From assembly GCA_000388065.2 (NCBI GenBank), contig KB932221.1: 11,216 bases of DNA; one strand, given 5' to 3'. The stretch is from Fonticula alba ATCC 38817 (Eukaryota > Protista > Nucleariida). The position numbers and the translations under genes were made by a program. The notes beneath the pieces were generated by a model. The model was not told where the DNA came from, ran no database searches, and saw only the letters and a program-made list of their open reading frames with translations. Below are positions 1 to 7,045 of this stretch, in pieces; positions within the stretch are counted from its first letter, which is position 1, and each line of letters opens with the position of its first letter.

Positions 1-557
1 CCCCCCCCGGAAAGGACGTACCCTTCCGATGGCTCTATCGAGGAAGGGCCGGGCTGAGGGCGGGAGCGCCCCAAGGGAACTTGGTCTAGATGGCGAACGT
101 CCGAGAGGGAGTTGGGTTGCTTGCCGGGCAGAAAGGAGCCTCGAGAAGGCCAGCAAAGGGAGGATGGCCGCTCCAGGGCGGCCTCTTTCGAACAGGCACC
201 AGGGGGAAACCGCTGCGGGCGGGATAGATTGCCAAGTCGATTGCTCGCAAGGCAGCCCACCGGAATCCGCGCCCGCACAATGCAGAGGGCGCAAACGATA
301 AGAGGCCGCACAGGCGGGCTCGAGTAAAGGCCTTAAGCCATCTGAGTTACATGCTAATCACACGGCGTATCATATGACATGCGTGTGTCTAATATGAGGC
401 ATGGCGATTGGAGACTTTGCCACGCATGCCAACGCACTCATGCATCAGCCCCTGGTGTCGGCTCCGCACAGTTGGGCCGGCCCCCGCCCTTTCCGGCTTG
501 GTGCCATTCACCGATTCTCTCGACCTGACGTAGACTGTATTTCCCCGTCCTCTGCCT

Positions 558-578
558 CGCACACGCACACGCACACGC
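558..578. repeat. (CGCACA)3.5 microsatellite
   Basis: cgcaca cgcaca cgcaca cgc, read directly from the sequence. Confidence 0.85.
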
Positions 579-708
579 TCGGGCGTGTCCCGGCGGCGCC
601 CGAGAAGTGATGTTGCTACTTGCCTCGACATGCTCGGGCTCTTGGCCGGGCCACGCCATTTGTTTCCTCGGTGTTTACCACTGGCTCGGCACCCTGGCAG
701 CCTCCCAC

Positions 709-715
709 TATAAAA
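709..715 (+). promoter_or_regulatory. TATA box (TATAAAA), probable core promoter of the 11-exon gene; start of transcription expected near 740
   Basis: Perfect TATAAAA in GC-rich flanks, with no ATG between it and the ATG at 877. Confidence 0.55.
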
Positions 716-876
716 GAGGGCCGGCGGGGGAGGCTCTCGAGCAGCGCGAGTGGTGGCCAACGACTCAAGGACATTGAGTGCCTCCTCCCCTGTGCGTATT
801 TTTTGCCCCGAAACTGGCGCATCCTTAGCGACTCTGCGTCCCGTAACCGGACATCCTGCTGTGGCTCGATTGCGCG

Positions 877-1115
877 ATGGAGACTAGCGTGTCGATTTCC
901 CCGCCTTCACGGGTGCTCCGCCTCGGCGAGGTGGAGTTGCACATTGGCCCGAAGCCCTGGCCGGCCGGGCCGCCCCCTCTCGCCGAGGAGGAGGGTGCCT
1001 GGCCGGGACTGCTGCTCGTCGGGGCGCGGCAATTTGCCCGATTGGCCGAGGCCGCGGGCGCGACGCCGAGCGCTTTTCTCTTCCTGGAGGCCGCGGGGCT
1101 GATGCTCCGGGTGCG
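877..1115 (+). CDS. Exon 1 (coding part): METSVSISPP...GLMLRV(R), first half of N-domain repeat 1
   Basis: Lies in ORF 877..1146 and ends at phase-2 donor CG|GTGCGT (1116). Confidence 0.8.
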
Positions 1116-4100
1116 GTGCGTTGTTCGGGCGTGCTTGACCGAGTGAAGGAGGTGAAAAGGAGCGAATGGCCGGGGTGGGGGGGGGGGGCCATGTCGGCAG
1201 GGGAGTGAGCCTGACCCTCGGGCTACTGCCGTGTTTCGCTGCCGCCCCACTGGCCATCGGTTACGTGGATCCTGTGGGGGGCCATGGATGTGGTCGACCC
1301 AGGCCGGACCCACGCGCCGGCCCCCTTGGTCTGCTGTCGGAGGAGTGGGTGCGGCGCCTTTTCCCCCCCGGTCGAGAAGGGATGCTGGAAGTGCGGCACC
1401 TCCAGCCACCGGAATTGGAGGCCGCCTGCTTCGCAGTCCGGTTGGCGGTCGGGGACCAGTCGGTGTCGGCCGGCTCGCAGACCGTTCCCTTTGCATCGGT
1501 CGAGGCCGCGCTCATGGAGGCAGTGGTCGCGCGAGGGAGCCTGCTCCGTGCATCGGATGTACGTTGCCCTCGAGGGAGGGCGGTCGGGGGAGGCAGAAGC
1601 TGTGGAGGGATGTCGCCATGAGCAACGCCCGAAATTGACATGGCCCCCCGGTGGCAGACCTTCCGGTTGGTCATCGACTTGATCGAGCTGGATGTGGCAG
1701 TGACGGAGTTGCGCAGGATTTCTCCTCCGCGGGCAGGGGTCTCCTGCGGCTGGGTGGGCCCTGGGTCCCGGGTTCTGCTGGCCGCCAAGGCCGATGGACG
1801 GGTGGACTTGCTGAATGCGCCGGTCATGGTGACACTATCGGCCCCGGAAGGAGCGCGCCCCGAGAGTGAACTCCACATCCTCTACCCGGACTATCAGCCG
1901 GCCCACAACCTGGATGTGCTGCTGGCATCGGCCGAAGGCCCGGCAGGGCGCGCGCTCCTTGCCTGGCAAGCGGCCTCCGACCTTTCCGGGCTCTATGTGC
2001 GGCATGGGGATCGCGTCTTCCAGGTTCGGTACGGGTTCCTCCTGTCGAGGCATCGTCGCTCCGCCGAGCTCGGGTGTGTACTGATCTGAGCCGCGGCCCA
2101 ACTGGCCCCCCGATGGGGGAGCGGGCGCAGCCTTTGCCCGGGTGCTGGACCCGGAGGAATGGGGCTGCGGGGAGGGCGGCGTCTGCTGGCGTCCATGGCT
2201 CGCCGGGCGCATGGTCGGCCGGTGTCGCTGGCCGTGTGCCGCCCCCCGGCCCCGCTGGCTGTCGTCTGGCTGGAGACCTCTCGGGACATCGAGCAAGTGG
2301 ACCGGAGCTGGCTCCTGGCCGAGCTGGCTGGGGCGCCCCTGCGCGTGGGCCAAGTACGTGCCTGGCGCCATCGTGCCTGTCCGGCGCATGTGTTCCTGAC
2401 ATGAGACATCCCCCTCGGCCGGGAAGATCATTCGGTTTACATCGCCGGCATACTGTGTGCGAGTGGCCCGGCTCATGGACCGGGACTTTGGTGATGTGCC
2501 TTACGGGACGGCCAGCGATGGGCCGTCCGATGATCGGACTCTCGTTTATGTGCAGACGCCGCGCGGTCGGCCGGAGGCCATGCCCCGGCTGGCGTCCATT
2601 ACATCGGGCCCGGGGGAGGAGGCTGTGATGCTGCTGGAACCGGTGGCCGGCCAGGTGGACCATCCGCCGGGAACTCTCTTGGTGTCTGAGCCGGCCTTCC
2701 GGCGCATGGCCGGGCTGGTGGGCCAGGACTCGGGGCCCGTGCGTCTCCAATACCGAGGCATGGTGTTCGATGTGCGGTGCGTGAACATGTCTCGGCATCA
2801 GACGAGTGGGTCCGAGGGGCTTTCGGCACGGCCGCCGGGTTTTCTGACCCAAATGGACTCGTGGCCCAGACCGAGCAAAGGGGTCGCCCGCTTTGCCGTG
2901 GAGACCCACCCGCGGGAATTCATGCTCATGGATGAGCCGGGTCCGTTCACTTTGAGTCCTGCGCCGTGGGTGCCGGTGGCGGCCTGCATGGTGGTGGCCT
3001 TTGCCGCGGCGCCAGGCGAGGTGGCCGGCGCTGGCCGGCCCTCGGGGGACCTTTTGAAGGGCGACTTCCTGGCCACCCACGCCGGGGGGACCATGCAACT
3101 GGGCCGGGTGCGTCGAGGGGGGGGGGGGGGGGCCAGCCGCGTAGTCTGCGTATGTCCGCCTTGTTTTTCCCTCTTGCACTGACCCTGGCCATGGGGCATG
3201 CCGTGTCAGACGCTGCCCTTCGTCTCGGGTGGTCGCCGGATGGTGGCCACTGTGCATCGGCTGACGTGGCCCGGCACGCCGGACACCGAACGACCGGTCG
3301 GCTTGCTGGGCGTGGGGCATCCGCCGCGCGGCGTTCGGGCCAGGCCCCCCTCAGGGCTCGAGACAGACATCGACATGGCGGTGCCGGGGGACCCTGCTCC
3401 GGCAGGGGGCGCTGGCATGCCGGCTCCGGGGGAGGGAGTGTGTGCCACTCGGGGCCAGGTGCGGACCGATACCGAGGTCGAGGTACTTCTCGAGAGGCAG
3501 TCCAGCGACATGGCGGATGGGGCATTTTGCACGCCGCCAGACCATGGCCCTGGGTCTGGGGAAGGCCGTGGGAAGAGTCCAGGCAGGCCACCGGGCCAGC
3601 CCGGCCGCGGCTGGCTACTTGTGTCTCGTCCCGGTCGGGAGTCCGATGCACTGGGAGCCTGTTTGGAAGTGCGGGCCAGTCCGTTGGAAAGATTCCCCCC
3701 TGGCCGGGCGGCCGTCAGTCCGGAGTTCTACCTGCGCATGCGGGAGTGGCTGGCCGATGGGGCCGATGCCTTTCTCCAGTGGGGCGACCATGTCCTGCTG
3801 GTCTAGTACGTGGTGCTCTTTTTTTGGTCCCGTTACCGCGGGTGGCTTGCAGGCGCGCTAACTGGCCCTCGCCGGGGGCTGCCCAGCCCGGATCCCGATC
3901 CCCGCTCGCCGCTGACCGAGGGGCAGATTACCATCAGTCGGTGGGACTTTGGGCGGATGTTTGCGCTGGGGCCGGTGTTTTTGGCCCAGGCGACTGCCCG
4001 GCCTCGGCAGGTGAGCCAGATTGAGTTGCATCTGCTGTCGCCGGTGCCGGGCTGGGAGGGCGAGGAAATCGACCATTCGAATCTGGCACGGGCCTTTTTG

Positions 4101-5966
4101 GACCAACTGGATGGCTCCGTGCTGACGGTGGGCCAGGTGCGTCGGTCACACGGGCTCTCGGCAGGGGTGACACCCTGATACTGATGTATATTGCCATGCC
4201 CGGCGGTGGGGCGGCCGGCCGGGGCATCGCGCGTACGTGCTCGCAGGAGGTGGAGCTGGCGGTGTCGCAGGGGCGCCTGGCGTCGCGGGTAGCCCGACTG
4301 GTGGACGTCCAGCTGCGGCCGATGCCTTGCGGGCTCTTGAGCCACGGCGAGACCTGGGCCTCGGTGTATGTGAGCACGGTGAGGCACGATGTGCGGGTGG
4401 GAAACCCGCCAGCCTCGATCCTGCTGCGGCTGCCCATGCTGACCGAGGCCGTTCGGCTGCCGGTGGCGACCAATGTCAGTCCCATTCACACGGGCCCCGA
4501 TGGGCTCCAGGTGACGGGGGACACCTTGGCCGCCCTGCAGGGCCACTTCCTGGACCGGGACAGTCCGCTTTTTGTCGACAAAACGCTCGAGATTACGTGC
4601 GTTCAGGAGCAGGCCGGATCGTGGTCACGCCGTCACTTTTCCTTTGTTCCTGGACTCGGCCTGGGGGGATGATCGGGAGGCTGGAGGATTAACCGGACAC
4701 ACTGGCACTTGGCCTGGTGGTGGCAATGACACACAGGGCCCTGTCCAATCCCCGGCTTGGGCTCCGGGCCAACCACATCCTCGTCGGAGTGAATGTGCTG
4801 CGTATGATAAACGGGACCCTGCGGCTGACCTGCATCGAGCCGCCCGAGCTGCTTACCCTTTCATGCGAGGTCACCTGGACTGGCTGGTTCGGGGTGCCGG
4901 TGCCGGAGCAGAGCATGCTGGAGGAGTTGCTCCTTCAGGCGGTATCCGGCTCGAATGTCCTTCGAGCACAGCAGGTGCGCATTCGGACGTGCAAAGGGAG
5001 GGGGGGGGATCTGGCCGGGCGTCCTCCTGGTGACAGGGTGGGTGGCGGGGACGGTCGACGCGGAAATGCCTGACTTCACGCCTTTTCCCCGGCTCTCACT
5101 TTGCTCCGGCGGGGACCCGGGGGATGGGTGGGGGGCTCCCCCTGCAGGTGTATCCCGGGCCGCCGGCATCATCGGAGCTGCTGTTCACCATGTCTCGGTT
5201 GGTGGGCGACGACCTGGCAGAGTGGAACCTGGGAACCATGGTCCCGGGGATGACCCGGATTACGTTCACGTCGCTGGAGAATTCCGGGATGGATCTGACA
5301 CCGCGACCGCTGGAGATGTCGCTGCTGTGCGCCATCGGTCGCATGCCGCACCTGCGTGTGGAATTTACCCGGACACCGACGCCGCTGTACCCGGGGATTC
5401 TCCTGCCTCGGGAGGTGCTGCAGTTGGCACGCGAATCGGTGGCCGCCGGCTCGGCCGGAATGATGGATCCCCTGCCGGAGGTCCTATTCTTCGTGTGCCG
5501 AGGACGGGTGTTTGTGGCGCGGCCCTCGGACACGCATGACACCCCGGGGGTGGTGCGCGTTTGCCGGGACTTCGAGAGCTTCCTCGCCCGGGACTCGGGG
5601 GGCATCCTGCACCTGCCGTTTCTCTTCTTCCCCACGCATCTCAGCATCGTCCATATGAGGGTGGCTTTGCTGGGGGCCGGGGGGACGACGGGCGGCTCGG
5701 ACCCGGACGATGAGCCGGTCGACGTCGGCCTGGCCCTGCGCGACCTGAGGAGGGCCATGGAGGCGGCCTTCCCGGACAGCAGCATGGCCGTGTTGGAGCG
5801 GCGCTCCTTTGCCTGTCCCCGGGGGGTGATTGTCTTCACGCCGGAGCTGCTTTGGGACATCCACGGGCAGGTGGTGCCATGTGGGATATTTTGCCCCGGC
5901 GATACGCGAGTGCACTTCCGCCTGAAGGGCATCATCCTGTGTCCGGGCGGGAAGCCGGCCGAATGA
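877..5966 (+). CDS. Predicted 11-exon gene, 1309 aa, six tandem NSF/Sec18(CDC48)-type N-terminal domains, no AAA ATPase domain. join(877..1115,1303..1558,1658..2028,2131..2353,2427..2776,2870..3107,3210..3805,3887..4136,4247..4596,4737..4974,5148..5966)
   Basis: Start ATG in gcgATGg context, 162 nt after TATAAAA. The ten donors are GTGCGT x5, GTACGT x3, GTACGG and GTGCGC. Acceptors are CAG x9 and AAG x1, with branch-like CTGAC/CTAAC/TTAAC/TTGAC/CTGAT upstream. Exon lengths 239,256,371,223,350,238,596,250,350,238,819 sum to 3930 nt, all in frame and stop-free. Spliced repeat 4 reads GQITISRWDFGRMFALGPVFL...QVSQIELHLL...EIDHSNLARAFLDQLDGSVLTVGQ|EVELAV; NSF as I recall it reads [23 protein letters not shown]...CIGTMTIEIDF...[49 protein letters not shown] compares with NSF [21 protein letters not shown]. 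Confidence 0.85.
1303..1558 (+). CDS. Exon 2: PDPRAGPLGL...SLLRASD
   Basis: Acceptor CAG ending 1302 is the first AG after CCTGAC (A1214). Phase-0 donor GAT|GTACGT at 1559. An alternative in-frame CAG ends at 1200 but gives a poorer junction alignment with the other repeats. Confidence 0.75.
1658..2028 (+). CDS. Exon 3: TFRLVIDL...GDRVFQV(R)
   Basis: TTGAC branch-like motif (A1638) with CAG ending 1657; phase-2 donor CG|GTACGG at 2029. Confidence 0.8.
2131..2353 (+). CDS. Exon 4: LCPGAGPGGMGLR...GAPLRVGQ
   Basis: CAG ending 2130 (a GAG ending 2121 is also in frame); phase-0 donor CAA|GTACGT at 2354. Confidence 0.75.
2427..2776 (+). CDS. Exon 5: IIRFTSPAYCVRVARL...GMVFDV(R)
   Basis: CCTGAC (A2399) with AAG ending 2426 (a GAG ending 2405 is also in frame but only 6 nt from the branch A). 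Phase-2 donor CG|GTGCGT at 2777. Length 350 nt, the same as exon 9. Confidence 0.78.
2870..3107 (+). CDS. Exon 6: PSKGVARF...GGTMQLGR
   Basis: TTCTGAC (A2847) with first-AG CAG ending 2869; phase-0 donor CGG|GTGCGT at 3108. Length 238 nt, the same as exon 10. Confidence 0.8.
3117..3132. repeat. G16 homopolymer in intron 6
   Basis: Read directly. Similar runs: G12 at 1177-1188 (intron 1) and G9 at 5000-5008 (intron 10). Confidence 0.9.
3210..3805 (+). CDS. Exon 7: TLPFVSGG...WGDHVLLV(Y), includes Gly/Pro-rich expansions
   Basis: CACTGAC (A3182) with first-AG CAG ending 3209. The phase-2 donor TA|GTACGT at 3806 converts the apparent TAG stop into TAC (Tyr). Confidence 0.8.
3887..4136 (+). CDS. 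Exon 8: PDPDPRSPLTEGQITIS...DGSVLTVGQ
   Basis: GCTAAC (A3861) with first-AG CAG ending 3886; phase-0 donor CAG|GTGCGT at 4137. This is the most NSF-like segment. Confidence 0.85.
4247..4596 (+). CDS. Exon 9: EVELAVSQGRLASRVARL...DKTLEI(T)
   Basis: TACTGAT (A4184) with first-AG CAG ending 4246; phase-2 donor AC|GTGCGT at 4597. Confidence 0.82.
4737..4974 (+). CDS. Exon 10: ALSNPRLGLR...SNVLRAQQ
   Basis: ATTAAC (A4692) with first-AG CAG ending 4736; phase-0 donor CAG|GTGCGC at 4975. Confidence 0.82.
5148..5966 (+). CDS. Exon 11: [18 protein letters not shown]...PGGKPAE*, tail of repeat 5 plus the whole, intronless repeat 6
   Basis: CCTGAC (A5073), a pyrimidine tract, then first-AG CAG ending 5147; TGA at 5964-5966. 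Confidence 0.85.
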   Translation: [272 protein letters not shown]

Positions 5967-6319
5967 GGCCCTGGAACTAAACAAGTTACCCCGATCGTCA
6001 AACAACACGGGCGCCCTGCCTGTGGGCATGCGTCTTCCCCGGGACCGTGGAGGAACGCCGGCACCAACGGCGGTCCAAGCTGTTTGTCCGAGGGGCGGGG
6101 CGCAGATATGGTGAGAGGGAGTCCTTTTGTTTCTTCGCAGCGTGGGGCCTTTGTTCGTTTGGCACTTTCGGTCCTCCTCTGCGTGCGCTGGTGTCTCTTG
6201 ACGACTGTCAATGCATGGCGAAAAGAGGGGCCAGGACGAATGGAAGAGGTCCAGCGCAGGGGGGGTGGGGGGCGCATCGAAGCCGCGTAGGGGTGGATCG
6301 AGATGAAATGCAGATCACC

Positions 6320-6345
6320 GAGAGAGGGAGAGAGAGAAAGAAAGG
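6320..6345. repeat. Pure polypurine (GA-rich) tract
   Basis: gagagagggagagagagaaagaaagg, read directly. Confidence 0.7.
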
Positions 6346-6806
6346 CACGGAGGAAAAGGCAATCTTCCCGAGGGGTGCAGCATCGAACCACAGCCTAAGG
6401 CCGCTGTGCACAAAGAGGCAATGTCGGACATGCGCTCTTTTTGTAGGCATCTCAGTGGCAAACGCACTGTGGCGCCCGTCTCCTAGCAGGATATACAAGC
6501 CAAGTTGTTGACCCCTTCGCGACATGCGGCCGGGATGGCGGCGGCGGCGGCGATGACCAAGCATCCATCACTAGCGGGCGGCAGGAGGTGGCTCTGTGCT
6601 GAGGCTGGGGATTCCAGAGGGAGAGGCCCTTCTGATGGAGCAACAGATGCGGGGCTTGGGGAAGAGGCCGCGAAATGCGAGGGCCGGGCAGGGAGGCGCG
6701 GCCGCTGAGCAGGCCGGACGCGAGTAGGATTCCGTTGGCACTTTAGAACCCCAGCACCCACCCAGAGGACAGTGTCCTTCCCGGGGCACTGGGCGGCAAA
6801 GGGCGG

Positions 6807-6812
6807 AATAAA
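6807..6812 (+). promoter_or_regulatory. Candidate polyadenylation signal AATAAA
   Basis: The AATAAA I found downstream of the stop codon, about 840 nt away. A variant ACTAAA lies at 5976-5981. Whether this organism uses the hexamer is unknown. Confidence 0.25.
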
Positions 6813-6941
6813 ATAAGGTCGACAATATAGAGAGCAGCAGAAGCCGAGGCATGGATGAGCGTTCGGGCCGGCCACGCTGTGGTCGGGTGTGTTTTTGGAT
6901 ACCGTCTCCCCGTGTGCCACGCGGTTGGTACGTGGAATGGG

Positions 6942-7045
6942 TTTTTTTTTTTTTCGTCGCTCCCGCCGAGCGCCTTCTTTTCGAGTATTATCCTGGCGTC
7001 GCCCACCATACCTCGGGGGTGCTAGTGAGGGGGGGGGGGGGGGGG
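6942..7045. repeat. T13 (6942-6954) and G17 (7029-7045) homopolymers
   Basis: Read directly from the sequence. Confidence 0.85.

Larger units (their letters stand above)
877..5963 (+). repeat. Six diverged protein-level tandem repeats. Approximate genomic spans: R1 877-1813, R2 1814-2567, R3 2568-3497, R4 ~3610-4402, R5 4403-5297, R6 5298-5963
   Basis: Shared motifs recur in the same order: hydrophobic-V[ST]/LP plus helix; h-x-h-x-G-x-Vh-x-V; G-x-h-x-L...P; LLxxhxGxxLxxGQ; VxRL; G-h-h-x-x-x-T/S-x-h-x-h. Boundaries placed by eye. Confidence 0.8.

Noticed and set aside
8-28. Imperfect palindrome CGGAAAGG-ACGTA-CCCTTCCG after a C8 run at the window start
   Set aside because: It is short and imperfect, with no matching terminal repeat elsewhere in the window.
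792-828. GTGCGT donor-like site in the 5' leader, followed by a T run and TAG ending 828
   Set aside because: The intron would be 37 nt, half the smallest in the gene. Using the AGs at 882 or 887 removes the ATG, and no open upstream frame supplies another. A UTR intron cannot be excluded.
1824-3320. Long antisense ORF (498 aa) and other overlapping ORFs such as 5096..6391 (-) and 2966..4024 (+)
   Set aside because: They are Arg/Pro/Gly/Ala-rich shadows expected in GC-rich coding DNA, with no recognisable motifs.
3804-3806. In-frame stops between adjacent ORFs (TAG 3804, TGA 2087, TGA 1619) suggesting readthrough, recoding or a pseudogene
   Set aside because: Each stop lies inside, or is created by the boundary of, a predicted intron. 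TA|G becomes TAC after splicing, and the frame-shifted ORF pairs are resolved by the same intron pattern.
5480-5592. Herpesvirus US22-family-like motif ([14 protein letters not shown]...[12 protein letters not shown]) and a herpesvirus reading of the ORF cluster
   Set aside because: The match is short. The full spliced repeat follows NSF N-domain motifs in order over ~200 aa, and no viral hallmark gene is present.
877-5966. Ten independent small genes, or six separate two-exon paralogues
   Set aside because: Phase-0 donors and in-frame acceptors link every unit to the next, and the NSF-like motif (xGQ|hxh...VxRL) spans those junctions, so domain boundaries do not coincide with ORF boundaries.
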